Assembly (NCBI GenBank): GCA_963828255.1
Contig: CAWHDZ010000021.1
Location: forward strand, 118,100-182,099
DNA length: 64,000 nucleotides
Reading direction: 5' to 3'
Origin: an uncultured delta proteobacterium
GTDB taxonomy: Bacteria > Myxococcota > Myxococcia > Myxococcales > Anaeromyxobacteraceae
Shown here in pieces: positions 11,759-20,889 of the stretch. The position numbers and the translations under genes were made by a program. The notes under the pieces are model-generated. The model saw nothing but the letters and a program-made list of their open reading frames with translations, was not told the DNA's origin and ran no database searches. How positions within the stretch are numbered: position 1 is the first letter of the stretch; every line of letters starts with the position of its first letter.

Positions 11759-13327
11759 ATGGCCAACCCGACCGGCTGGAAGCCCAGCATGGAGAAGGGC
11801 GCCGGCAGCGGCGCCGACGCCCAGGAGACGGGGCTCATGGGCGCCACCCGCGGACTGGCCGTGGAGGAGCCGCTGGTGTTCGAGCAGGGCTCTCCCGGCC
11901 GCAGCGCGGTCTCGTTGCCACCCGTGCCCGAAGGCTTCGACCCGGCCGCCGGGATCCCGGCCGGGCTGCTCCGCGGCGAGATCGCCGGGATGCCCGAGAT
12001 GGCCGAGCTGGAGGTGGTCCGTCACTTCACCCGGCTCTCCCAGTGGAACTGGGGCATCGACACCGGGTTCTACCCGCTGGGCTCCTGCACCATGAAGTAC
12101 AACCCCAAGTCGAGCGAGGCCCTGGCGCGCCTCCCCGGCTTCTCCGGCGCCCACCCGCTGCTCCCCGGCTCGATGAGCCAGGGGGCGCTCGAGCTCATCT
12201 GGAAGCTGGAGCGCGCCCTCTCCGAGATCGCCGGCTTCCCGGCCTCCGTCATGTCGCCGGCCGCCGGCGCGCAGGGCGAGCTCTGCGGCCTCATGATGAT
12301 CCGCGCGTACCACGTGGCCCGGGGCAATCCGCGCCACAAGGTGCTCATCCCCGACACGGCCCACGGGACCAACCCGGCCTCGGCGGCCTTCAACGGCTAC
12401 TCCACTGTGACCCTGGAGAGCGGCCCCGACGGCCGTCTCCATCCGGAGACGGTGGCGAAGGCGATGGACGAGGACGTCGCCGCCATCATGATCACGAACC
12501 CCAACACCCTGGGGATCTTCGAGAGCCACATCGCCGAGATCGCCGCCATCGTGCACGCCAGGGGCGGCCTGGTGTACGGCGACGGCGCGAACTTCAACGC
12601 GCTCCTGGGCGTGGCCCGCCCCGGCGACATGGGGTTCGACGTCATGCAGTACAACCTGCACAAGACCTTCGCCACGCCCCACGGCGGCGGGGGCCCCGGC
12701 TCCGGTCCGGTGGGCGTGGTCGATGCGCTCGTGCCCTTCATGCCGCTTCCGGTGGTGGTGAAGGAGGGCGAGACCTACCGGCTCGTCACCGACCCGGCCG
12801 AGCGGCCCCGGACCATCGGGAAGATCCGCGAGTTCTGGGGCAACATGGGCATGTTCGTCCGCGCCTGGGCGCTCATCCGCGAGCTCGGTCCCGAGGGGCT
12901 GCGGCGCGTGGGCGAGCTGGCCGTGCTGAACGCCAACTACGTCCGCGCCGAGCTCAAGGGGCACTTCAACCTGCCCTACGAGACCGAGACCCTCCACGAG
13001 GTGGTCTTCGACGACAAGCTCCAGAAGGACGCCGGCGTCTCCACCATGGACCTGGCCAAGCGGCTCATCGACCACGGCTCGCATCCGCCCACGGTCTACT
13101 TCCCGCTGGTCGTCCACGGGGCCATCATGATCGAGCCCACCGAGACCGAGTCGAAGGAGACGCTCGACCAGTTCGTCGCGGCCATGCGCGCCATCGCCGC
13201 CGAGGCGAAGACCGACCCCGAGGCGCTCAAGGCGGCGCCCCGGAAGACCGTGCGTGCCCGGCTCGACGAGACCCGTGCCGCACGCAAGCCGGTCCTGCGC
13301 TGGACTCCGGGGATGAAGGTCGAATAG
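11759..13327 (+). CDS. gcvPB: Glycine dehydrogenase subunit 2
   Basis: Motifs YPLGSCTMKYNP, AGAQGE, HGTNPASA, NLHKTFATPHGGGGPG (PLP lysine), MIEPTETES. Confidence 0.96.
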   Translation: MANPTGWKPSMEKGAGSGADAQETGLMGATRGLAVEEPLVFEQGSPGRSAVSLPPVPEGFDPAAGIPAGLLRGEIAGMPEMAELEVVRHFTRLSQWNWGIDTGFYPLGSCTMKYNPKSSEALARLPGFSGAHPLLPGSMSQGALELIWKLERALSEIAGFPASVMSPAAGAQGELCGLMMIRAYHVARGNPRHKVLIPDTAHGTNPASAAFNGYSTVTLESGPDGRLHPETVAKAMDEDVAAIMITNPNTLGIFESHIAEIAAIVHARGGLVYGDGANFNALLGVARPGDMGFDVMQYNLHKTFATPHGGGGPGSGPVGVVDALVPFMPLPVVVKEGETYRLVTDPAERPRTIGKIREFWGNMGMFVRAWALIRELGPEGLRRVGELAVLNANYVRAELKGHFNLPYETETLHEVVFDDKLQKDAGVSTMDLAKRLIDHGSHPPTVYFPLVVHGAIMIEPTETESKETLDQFVAAMRAIAAEAKTDPEALKAAPRKTVRARLDETRAARKPVLRWTPGMKVE

Positions 13328-13357
13328 CTCGCACTTCGCCATTCCCCCGAACCGCAT

Positions 13358-13394
13358 GGAAGAGCCCTGTTCGTTGGGGGTTTTTCCCCTTTTT
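13358..13394 (+). terminator. Candidate intrinsic terminator after gcvPB
   Basis: GGAAGAGCCC...GGGTTTTTCC stem with G-U pairs around a TTCG-containing loop, followed by a T-run. Confidence 0.5.
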
Positions 13395-13502
13395 CTGGTC
13401 GGGGGGCCTGGACGGCTCGCTTTTTTGTGGCAGGCTGTCGAACGCCATGGAGGCAACCCGGGCTCCCGCACCGGCGGGGTCCCGCACCAGGAGAGCGCGA
13501 AC

Positions 13503-14156
13503 ATGAAGAGGATCATCGGTGCAATGGCGTTGGCGGCGGGGATCTCGCTCGCGTGCCCGGCGGAGGCCCAGGTCTCCATCGACCTCAAGGTGGGATACGA
13601 GATCCCGACGGGTGACTCCACCTCGCTCGGGGGCATTACAGAATACTTCGGACCGATGAACCACATCTGGTCCGGGGCGATCCCGATCGGGGTGGCGGGG
13701 CGCTACCGCTTCTCCCCCTCCTTCTCCGCCGGCGTTTACTTCCAGTACAACCCGGCCTTCGTCGCCTCGTTTTCCTGCTCGACCGGGTTGACGTGCTCCG
13801 GATACAACATGCGGATCGGAGTCGAGGCCGTGTACGGGTTTCTTCCCGAGCGCTTCCTGAACCCCTGGGTGAGCCTTGGCACGGGCTGGCAGTGGACCCA
13901 CGCGTCGATCTCGGATGGCGTCCAGTCGAACGCCTTCACGTTGAGCGGCTGGGAGTACTTCAATGTCCAGGTCGGGCTCGACTTCAACCTGTCGAAGATG
14001 TTCGCCGTCGGCCCGTACGTCGGGTACTTCGGCGGGCAGTACACGAGCAAGACGGCCGACATCTCCGGCGTCAACGAGAGTGGGTCCATCGACTCCGAGT
14101 TCCGGGCCTTCCACGGCTGGATCCAGTTCGGGGCCAAGGGAACCGTGAACCTGTAG
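13503..14156 (+). CDS. Outer-membrane beta-barrel protein, paralogue 1
   Basis: AGGAG RBS, signal peptide ending AEA, alternating aromatic/hydrophobic strands, C-terminus FHGWIQFGAKGTVNL. Confidence 0.75.
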   Translation: MKRIIGAMALAAGISLACPAEAQVSIDLKVGYEIPTGDSTSLGGITEYFGPMNHIWSGAIPIGVAGRYRFSPSFSAGVYFQYNPAFVASFSCSTGLTCSGYNMRIGVEAVYGFLPERFLNPWVSLGTGWQWTHASISDGVQSNAFTLSGWEYFNVQVGLDFNLSKMFAVGPYVGYFGGQYTSKTADISGVNESGSIDSEFRAFHGWIQFGAKGTVNL

Positions 14157-14233
14157 CCCACCAGATTTCTGGATAGCGGCGCGATTCCTGGCACGCTGTC
14201 GGGATTCGGATCGGATTCGACCGGGAGATCGAC

Positions 14234-14899
14234 ATGAAGATGACGGTGCGCGCGGTGGCGGCTGCGTTGGGGCTGGCTCTCGCTCCCTCGGCCATGGCCC
14301 AGGTGGCGCTGGATCTCAAGCTGGGGTACGGGATTCCGATGGGGACCGTCTGGGCGGCGAGCCCGTGGAATCCCTCCTGGCCGATGTCGAGGGCCTGGAC
14401 CGGATCGATCCCCATCGAGGTCGGCGCGCGCTACCGCATCACGCCGGCCATCTCGCTGGGCGCCTACTTCGGGTGGGGGCCGGCGTTCGTGACGTCGACC
14501 GGTTTCGACTCCATCGCCGGCAGCTCGGGAAGCGACATGCGGCTGGGGATCCAGCTCGCCTACACCTTCAGCGCCGACCGGGCGATGAGCCCGTGGTTCA
14601 GCATCGGCACGGGCTGGGCGTGGACCGGCTACTCGGGGACGAAGGGCGGGCAGAGCGCGTCGATCACCTTGAACGGCTGGGAGTACCTGAACCTCCAGAC
14701 CGGCCTCGACTTCAACGTGGCGAAGGCCTTCGCGGTCGGACCGTACATCGGGTTCCTGGCCGGGGCCTACTCGAGCATCGTCGCCTCCGGGGCGTCCAAT
14801 ACCGGCCCGGGCGAAAACTGGGGCGGCTCCATCGACCCGGCCGCCCGCTCCTTCCACGGCTGGTTCCAGTTCGGCGTGAAGGGGACGCTGAACCTGTAA
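14234..14899 (+). CDS. Outer-membrane beta-barrel protein, paralogue 2
   Basis: Signal peptide ending AMA; shares IPI.V..RYR, GWEY.N.Q.GLDFN and FAVGPY.G with paralogue 1; C-terminus FHGWFQFGVKGTLNL. Confidence 0.75.
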   Translation: MKMTVRAVAAALGLALAPSAMAQVALDLKLGYGIPMGTVWAASPWNPSWPMSRAWTGSIPIEVGARYRITPAISLGAYFGWGPAFVTSTGFDSIAGSSGSDMRLGIQLAYTFSADRAMSPWFSIGTGWAWTGYSGTKGGQSASITLNGWEYLNLQTGLDFNVAKAFAVGPYIGFLAGAYSSIVASGASNTGPGENWGGSIDPAARSFHGWFQFGVKGTLNL

Positions 14900-14906
14900 C
14901 CCGTCC

Positions 14907-16178
14907 CTACTGGCCGGGCCCGCGGAAGAACTTGAAGCCTCCACCGCCGGTGGAGACGTGGAAGCCGAAGGTGAAGCGGATGTCGCCGCGGGCGTCGGCC
15001 AGGCCGGGGGGCGGGTTCACGAAGGGCTGCGCCTTCTCGAAGGCGTCGATGGCGGTCTGGTCGAGGAAGTCGAGGCCGCTCGACCGGGCCACCTTGATCT
15101 CGGTGATCGTCCCCTGCGGGTTGAGCGTCACCGACAGCACCGTGGTCCGGTCCTTGTTGAAGTAGACGTTCCCGGTCGGATCCCTGACCCGGGCCGCGTC
15201 CATCGGGTTCCATACCTCGGCCACGTTCTGCTTCACCCGGTTGAAGAAGCCCGCGAACTTCCACTCGCGCGTGTTGAGGAAGGTGGCGTCTCCGACGTCC
15301 ACCCCCTCGACGTGGTCGGGAGCCGGGGCGGCGGTGAGCTTGTCGTAGAACGCCGACGAAGGCGTGAGGATGGGCTTTCCGCCCGAGGCGCCGGGCCGGG
15401 CCGCGCCCTCGCCCCCGTCCCCGCCCTCGCCCAGCTCCTCGAGCGGGGTCTTCTTGCGGTCGGCGCCCGGGGCGATGGGGGGCTGCTTCGCCTCGATGCG
15501 CCCGTCGGGCGAAGTCGCCATGGCGAGCTTGTCCGGGGCCGGCTTCGGCGCCGCATCCGGCATCTTGCCTGGCGCGCCCGCCTTCCGCGTGTCCCCACCG
15601 GCCGCGCCCGCGGCCGCATCCCGGGAGGCCTGCTCCGCCTGCGCTCCGGGCGACTGCTCCTTCACCCTGTTCTGGGTGGGTGTCGGCGCGGCCTTCTCGT
15701 AGTCGAGCTTGCGGAAGCGGGAGATGGTCTCCTTCTCGACGGTGTTGCTGCTCTCGGCGAGGAAGCGGGTGTCCTTGGGCGGCTTGTCGGTGTTCGTGGG
15801 CGCCACGTCCACCACCTGCCCCGGCAGCTGCGGCGGCGGGGGGGGCTGCGGGGCCTGCGCCTGGCCAGGCGGCGGAACCGGGGTCGGGCGTGGCACGGGA
15901 GCGGGGCGCGGCGCCGGAGCGGGGGCCTGGGCGGGTGGAGGGGGGCGGCTCCCGTCGGTGATCTGCCGGTTGGCCGACCAGGTGTCCTGGGAGAGGGGCG
16001 CCATGGCCACCGAGCGCGGCCCCTCGGCAGCCATCGACTTCAGCTTGGTCCAGTCGGCCTCGACCATCCAGAGGACGAGGGCGTTCAGGAGGAGGGACGC
16101 CGCGACGCCGGCCAGCAGTCGCCAGCCGGTCCAGGAGCGGTAGCGCCGACGGCGCAGGCTGGGGCCGAGGTGGTTCAT
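14907..16178 (-). CDS. TonB-family energy transducer (TM anchor, Pro-rich linker, TonB C-terminal domain)
   Basis: N-terminal TM helix, PAPAP-rich linker, C-terminal VARSSGLDFLDQTAIDAFEKAQPF.NPP. Confidence 0.85.
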   Translation of the reverse strand: MNHLGPSLRRRRYRSWTGWRLLAGVAASLLLNALVLWMVEADWTKLKSMAAEGPRSVAMAPLSQDTWSANRQITDGSRPPPPAQAPAPAPRPAPVPRPTPVPPPGQAQAPQPPPPPQLPGQVVDVAPTNTDKPPKDTRFLAESSNTVEKETISRFRKLDYEKAAPTPTQNRVKEQSPGAQAEQASRDAAAGAAGGDTRKAGAPGKMPDAAPKPAPDKLAMATSPDGRIEAKQPPIAPGADRKKTPLEELGEGGDGGEGAARPGASGGKPILTPSSAFYDKLTAAPAPDHVEGVDVGDATFLNTREWKFAGFFNRVKQNVAEVWNPMDAARVRDPTGNVYFNKDRTTVLSVTLNPQGTITEIKVARSSGLDFLDQTAIDAFEKAQPFVNPPPGLADARGDIRFTFGFHVSTGGGGFKFFRGPGQ

Positions 16179-16286
16179 CTCCGGAGGGGGAATCTATAAC
16201 AGACGCCCCCGGGGTGGGGCTCGCCGGTTCCTACGGAATTCTCAACCGTTGACCCTCCGCCGACGCGGGGACAAGATCCCGCGTCC

Positions 16287-18131
16287 GTGCCCACCAAACC
16301 CTCTCCTCCCGCATCCTCCCTCCCGGGCAGGCCGCGCCACGTCCGGCGCGCGGTCGTGGGGGCGCTGGCGGCCTCGGTGGTCGTCGCCGCCTGGGCGGGG
16401 GTGCTCGCATGGGGCAACTCTCCCACCGGCCGCGCCCTCATCCGGGAGCGGGCCGGGAGGGCGCTCGAGAGGCGTCTCGGGCCGGTGGAGATCGGGGATG
16501 CCGGCCTCGACCTCCTGCTCCGCGCACGGCTCGCCCCCGTGACCGTGCTGGGGCGGGGCCCCGGCGGACCGGTCCTGAGGGCCGACAGGGTGGTGGTCCG
16601 TCCCCGCCTTGGGGCCCTCCTCTCGGGCAGGGTCGAGCCCGCGGCGGTGGCGCTCCGCGGCGTGCGGGCCTGGCCGGGCCGTGAGGGGCGGGAGCTGGGG
16701 CCCTTCGACCTCTACGTCGAGCTCGACGGCCGCGACCCGGTGGCGCTCCGGGTGGCGCTCCCGGGTGGCGGGCACCTCGACGCGACCGCGCGGCGAGGCT
16801 TGGACGGCTTCGCGTTCCAGCTCGAGGGCGCGGTCACGCTGCCCGACGACCTCCCGGCCGTGGCGGGCGGGCCGGCCTCCGCGCCGGCCTCCGGGCTGCT
16901 CACCGTCCGGGGATCGGGCCGGGCAGCGCCGGACGGCGGCCGCGCCGAGGCGGACGTCGTCCTCCGCGCCACCGACCTGACCTTCCACGGAACACGGGTC
17001 GGCCCCTCGCCGATCGGCCCCCTGTTCCTGGGCGCATCGGGGCGGGTCGCCTGGAACGGCCCCTCGAGGCGTCTCGTCGTCGAGGGGGGACAGGTCACCC
17101 TGGGTGAATCCGGCGAGGTCGCCGCGTCGGTGGAGGGGGAGCTCCTGCTCGGAGGCGACCCCCGCTTCACCGTCTCCGCGCGGGCCACCGCCGTCCCCTG
17201 GCGCGCCCTCGTGGAGGCGCTCCCCCCCGACCTCGGTCCTCCCGCGACCGCACCCCGGATCTCCGGGAACCTCTCCGCCCAGGCCTCGGTGGCCGGCCCG
17301 CTCTCCCGCCGCGGCGACTGGGCCGTCGAGGTCGAGCTCGACCTCGACGATCTGCGCCGGGCCGCGCGGACCGCCCCTCCCTCCTGGCTCGCCTCCGGGT
17401 TCGAGTGGACGCCCATCGACCCCGGTCCGGGCGAGCGCCAGCGCCGCATCGCGGTGGGACCGGGCAACCCCGCCTTCGTCCCCTACCCGGAGATCCCACA
17501 GGTGCTGGTGCGGGCCGTCACCGCCAGCGAGGACGGCGGCTTCTTCGGCCACCGCGGCTTCGACTTCCGCGAGATCGCGAACGCCGTCACCGATCGGAGC
17601 CGCGTCCGGGGCGCATCGACGATCTCCCAGCAGCTCGCGAAGAACCTGTTCCTGTCGCCGGAGCGGACGCTCGCGCGCAAGGTGCGCGAGGCGCTCGGGA
17701 CCATCGCCCTCGAGGCCAGCCTCTCGAAGGGGCGGCTCATCGAGATCTACCTGAACATCGCCGAGTGGGGACCGGAGGTCTACGGCGTCGGGGAGGCGGC
17801 CCGGTTCTGGTTCGGGAAGGACGCCCGCGCGCTCACCGCACGGGAGTCGGCCTTCCTGGCCACGGTGGTCCCGAGCCCGCGAAGGTTCCACGCGCGGCTC
17901 CACCGCTCCGGGATCACGCCCGGGTGGAACGCCCGCATCGACGACGTGCTCACCAAGATGCGGGCGCAGAACCAGCTGACCGACGAAGAACTGGCGGTGG
18001 CGCTGGCGGAGCCGCTCGACCCGCTCGTCCGCGAGCACCACGCCGGCCCCGCCGGCGTGGAAGGGGGCGAACCCGAACCTCCCGAGATGGACGAGGAGCA
18101 GGGATCCGGCGCGCCCTACTTGTCGCGGTAG
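16287..18131 (+). CDS. Membrane-anchored monofunctional peptidoglycan transglycosylase (GT51) with a long N-terminal extension
   Basis: GT51 motifs [44 protein letters not shown]; no transpeptidase domain. Confidence 0.88.
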   Translation: MPTKPSPPASSLPGRPRHVRRAVVGALAASVVVAAWAGVLAWGNSPTGRALIRERAGRALERRLGPVEIGDAGLDLLLRARLAPVTVLGRGPGGPVLRADRVVVRPRLGALLSGRVEPAAVALRGVRAWPGREGRELGPFDLYVELDGRDPVALRVALPGGGHLDATARRGLDGFAFQLEGAVTLPDDLPAVAGGPASAPASGLLTVRGSGRAAPDGGRAEADVVLRATDLTFHGTRVGPSPIGPLFLGASGRVAWNGPSRRLVVEGGQVTLGESGEVAASVEGELLLGGDPRFTVSARATAVPWRALVEALPPDLGPPATAPRISGNLSAQASVAGPLSRRGDWAVEVELDLDDLRRAARTAPPSWLASGFEWTPIDPGPGERQRRIAVGPGNPAFVPYPEIPQVLVRAVTASEDGGFFGHRGFDFREIANAVTDRSRVRGASTISQQLAKNLFLSPERTLARKVREALGTIALEASLSKGRLIEIYLNIAEWGPEVYGVGEAARFWFGKDARALTARESAFLATVVPSPRRFHARLHRSGITPGWNARIDDVLTKMRAQNQLTDEELAVALAEPLDPLVREHHAGPAGVEGGEPEPPEMDEEQGSGAPYLSR

Positions 18132-18337
18132 GTGATGCGGCCGCGCGTGAGGTCGTACGGGCTCAGCTCCAGCTTGACGCGGTCGCCGGGGATGATGCGG
18201 ATGTGGAACTTCTTCATCTTGCCGGACGCGTAGGCAAGCACCACGGGGCCGCTGTCGATCTTGACGCGATACATGCCTCCGGCGAGGGCTTCCTCGACGG
18301 AGCCCTGAACTTCGATTCCTGCTTCCTTTTCGCTCAA
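18116..18337 (-). CDS. infA: Translation initiation factor IF-1
   Basis: TTG start after [16 protein letters not shown]...[34 protein letters not shown]. Confidence 0.97.
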   Translation of the reverse strand: MSEKEAGIEVQGSVEEALAGGMYRVKIDSGPVVLAYASGKMKKFHIRIIPGDRVKLELSPYDLTRGRITYRDK

Positions 18338-18447
18338 TCGCTCTCCTGGTTTCGCAGCCTTATAGCCCGGATGCGCCTGAACCACCCCGGAATTCCGAGG
18401 CCGCTCGAAGGCGGGGGCCCCGGGCGACTTGCCCGGATTCCGGGCGG

Positions 18448-18476
18448 AATATCCCCAATGAACGGGGGCGCGTCAA
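18448..18476 (-). promoter_or_regulatory. Candidate sigma70 promoter for infA
   Basis: Minus strand TTGACG, 17-nt spacer, GATATT. Confidence 0.5.
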
Positions 18477-18502
18477 GCGCGGGCATCGCGGAGAGCGGGC
18501 GC

Positions 18503-18889
18503 TCAGGAGCCGGAGGAGGCGAACTGGGCCAGGAGCAGCCCGGCCAGGCCGGCCACCCAGGCCCCGAGGACGGTGGCCGCGACGTAGGCCGAGGCGAGCC
18601 CCCACTGTCCCCGCTGGGCCAGCGCCAGGGTCTCGTGGTTGAACGAGGAGTAGGTGGTGAAGCCGCCCAGCACTCCCACCGCGAGGAAGATCCGGACGTC
18701 AGGACCGATCGTCCCGACCTCCAGCCCCAGGTACATGACGGCCGAGATGAAAAAGGAGCCCGAGAGGTTCACCGCCAGCGTCCCCCACGGGAACCCCTGA
18801 CCCACGGCGGCGACCGCCCAGCTTCCCACGAGGTAGCGTGCGCCGCTTCCGATGGCGCCACCGGCGCAGACGAGCAGGAGCTTCGACAT
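18503..18889 (-). CDS. crcB: Fluoride efflux channel CrcB/FluC
   Basis: Motifs GGAIGSGARY, FPWGTLAVN..GSF, GVLGGFTTYSSF; four TM segments. Confidence 0.95.
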   Translation of the reverse strand: MSKLLLVCAGGAIGSGARYLVGSWAVAAVGQGFPWGTLAVNLSGSFFISAVMYLGLEVGTIGPDVRIFLAVGVLGGFTTYSSFNHETLALAQRGQWGLASAYVAATVLGAWVAGLAGLLLAQFASSGS

Positions 18890-18925
18890 GGGCGGCGCGA
18901 AGTCTAGGCTCCCTGGCCGGCGCCC

Positions 18926-19372
18926 TCAAGGCCCCATCGCGCGGAGGAGCGCCCCGGCGCGCCTCGCCACCTCGTCGCCGCCGGCCTGGAGGTCGGAAAG
19001 GTCACCCCGGGCCGCCTCGCGCCTCCCCGTCCCTCCCGTGCCCGCATCGGCGGGAACCGCCAGGAGCGCCTCCGCCCGGGCCAGCCGGACCTGCCGGTCC
19101 CCCGGCGAGAGCCGGGCCGCCGCCTCGGCGCAGAGCAGCGCGGTGTAGGGCTCCCCGCGCCGCCGCTCCACCTGCGAAAGCAGCGCCCAGGCCAGCGCGT
19201 CGCGCGGGTTGGTCACCACGAGCCCCTCCAGGATGGCGCGGGCCACGGCGAGGTCGCCGCTGGCGGCCTCCCTCGCCGCCAGCGAGGCCACCGCGGCGCC
19301 CATCTCCGCGGTGAAGCCCTGGATCTCCGCGAGGGTGCGCCCCGCCTTCAGCTCCTGTGCGGTCGGGATCAC
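18926..19372 (-). CDS. Small TPR protein resembling SycD/LcrH-type secretion chaperones
   Basis: 148 aa; TLAEIQGFT.E lead-in then TPR-like repeats (ARAILEGLVVTNPRDALAWALL; AEAAARLSPGD...RLARAEALL). Confidence 0.6.
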   Translation of the reverse strand: MIPTAQELKAGRTLAEIQGFTAEMGAAVASLAAREAASGDLAVARAILEGLVVTNPRDALAWALLSQVERRRGEPYTALLCAEAAARLSPGDRQVRLARAEALLAVPADAGTGGTGRREAARGDLSDLQAGGDEVARRAGALLRAMGP

Positions 19373-19381
19373 GTTCGCCTC

Positions 19382-20302
19382 CTACCGGACGTTCTGGATG
19401 GCCACCATGGTGGTGTCGTGCATGCTCTTCAGGAGGTTCGAGACCAGCGTGAACATCTGGTTCTGCTTCTCGACCAGCCGCTGGATCTCGAGCATCTCGA
19501 GCCGCTCGTCGGGCGAACCGGCTTCCCCCTTCTTGGCCGGGGTGGTCGCCTTGGGCGTCGAGGTGGTGGTGGGCTTCGACGTGGTTCCGGTCGTGGTCTT
19601 GGTCGGCGTCGCCTTCGCCTTGTCGCCCGTGAGCACGCCGGCCAGGGCGCCGCCCAGGCTCTCCCCGAACTTGAGCGCCGCGGGGGCCAGCACGGGAAGG
19701 CCGACGGCCGTCGCCAGCGCGGCCAGCAGCGGGCCCCCCAGCGACTTGAGCGCGCCGCCGAGCAGGTCCTCGAGCCCCCCTATCAGCTTGTCGAAGATGC
19801 CGCCCGACGGGAAGATGGCGCGGAGGATGCTCCCCAGGAAGCCCCCGCCCTGGTTCTCCTTCGTCTCCGTGCCCCCCTCGCCGTACTTCGCCTTGTAGTC
19901 GTTCATCTTGTCGGTCAGCTGGTCGCCGAGCTTCTTCTGCACCGCGATCATGAAGCGGGAGAGCTTCTCCTCGACGCTGAGCGACGGGTCGGAGAGGAAG
20001 GCCCAGTCTCCGGTGGCCTTCACCCCGGACGACGCCGCGCCCGCGACCAGGGCCCCGGCGTAGCCCGCCCCGGATCCCTTCCCGGCGGCCGCGGGCGCCA
20101 CCAGCCAGGGGGTGGGCGCCGTGGCCCCGACACCCTCGGTGAACCAGGGGAGGAGCGCGGCCACGCCCACCGGCGGCCCCTCCAGGGAGACGGCAGGGCT
20201 CCCCGGCGAGCGGATGGCGGCGGGCGAGCGGTCCGATGCAGCCGGATCGTCGGGCGGGACGGTGATGCGCGGAGCGACGGGAGCGGCCTGCGTGGGCGCC
20301 AT
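19382..20302 (-). CDS. Hypothetical protein with T3SS-substrate-like features
   Basis: GAGGAGG RBS; low-complexity N-terminus, helical DPSLSVEEKL segment, Gly-rich hydrophobic region, Thr/Lys linker, C-terminus QMFTLVSNLLKSMHDTTMVAIQNVR. The ORF is solid; the function is inferred. Confidence 0.6.
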   Translation of the reverse strand: MAPTQAAPVAPRITVPPDDPAASDRSPAAIRSPGSPAVSLEGPPVGVAALLPWFTEGVGATAPTPWLVAPAAAGKGSGAGYAGALVAGAASSGVKATGDWAFLSDPSLSVEEKLSRFMIAVQKKLGDQLTDKMNDYKAKYGEGGTETKENQGGGFLGSILRAIFPSGGIFDKLIGGLEDLLGGALKSLGGPLLAALATAVGLPVLAPAALKFGESLGGALAGVLTGDKAKATPTKTTTGTTSKPTTTSTPKATTPAKKGEAGSPDERLEMLEIQRLVEKQNQMFTLVSNLLKSMHDTTMVAIQNVR

Positions 20303-20347
20303 GTGTGGACCTCCTCATCCGGGGTGGAACCTGCGGAGCCTCCCCTC

Positions 20348-20362
20348 GCACCCGCCGTGCCG
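20348..20362 (-). promoter_or_regulatory. Candidate sigma54 (-24/-12) promoter for the 20302-18926 operon
   Basis: Minus strand CGGCACGGCGGGTGC: GG and GC at the correct spacing versus consensus TGGCACGNNNNTTGC, 45 nt upstream of the ATG. Confidence 0.45.
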
Positions 20363-20440
20363 CGCCCCCTGGCGCGCATTCCCCCGCCGTTCCGCCCCCG
20401 CGTGGTCGCATCCGCGCACACACGGCCGAGGCGCGGACGA

Positions 20441-20469
20441 TTGACCCCACGCCGGCGCGCTCCTACATT
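20441..20469 (+). promoter_or_regulatory. Candidate sigma70 promoter for ruvX-mltG, probably leaderless
   Basis: TTGACC, 17-nt spacer, TACATT; GTG start 6 nt later with no Shine-Dalgarno. Confidence 0.6.
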
Positions 20470-20475
20470 CCCCCC

Positions 20476-20889
20476 GTGCGCTACCTCGGAATCGACCTGG
20501 GACGGGCCCGGATCGGGCTCGCCCTCGCCGACGACATCCTCCGCGCGGCCCGGCCGCTCAGGGCCGTCGAGCGGCGCGACGAGACCGCCGACCTGGGCGT
20601 CATCGGCGCCGTGGCCGGGGAGTACGAGGTGACCCGGGCCGTGGTGGGGCTGCCCCTCAACATGGACGGGACCGAGGGCGCCTCGGCCCGCATGGCCCGG
20701 TCCTTCGCTCCCCGCCTGGCGGCCGCGCTGGGCGTCCCCGTGGACCTCTTCGACGAGCGGCTCTCCACCTTCGAGGCCGAGGATCGGCTGCGCGCGCGCG
20801 GGGTCTCCGCCCGGGACATGAAGGCGCTCGTGGACGCCGAGGCCGCGGCGGTGATCCTCCAGGGCTGGCTCGACGAGAGGCCGGCGTGA
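20476..20889 (+). CDS. ruvX: Holliday junction resolvase-like / pre-16S rRNA nuclease YqgF
   Basis: Motifs YLGIDLGRARIGLA, VVGLPLNMDG, DERLST, VDAEAAAVILQ. Confidence 0.93.
   Translation: MRYLGIDLGRARIGLALADDILRAARPLRAVERRDETADLGVIGAVAGEYEVTRAVVGLPLNMDGTEGASARMARSFAPRLAAALGVPVDLFDERLSTFEAEDRLRARGVSARDMKALVDAEAAAVILQGWLDERPA

Noticed and set aside
14188..14203. Sigma54 promoter before the second beta-barrel gene (TGGCACG)
   Set aside because: The -12 GC is absent at the required spacing; reported instead as a motif shared by both paralogues.
18890..18925. Fluoride riboswitch upstream of crcB
   Set aside because: Only 36 nt of intergenic space and no GGCGATGG-type aptamer sequence.
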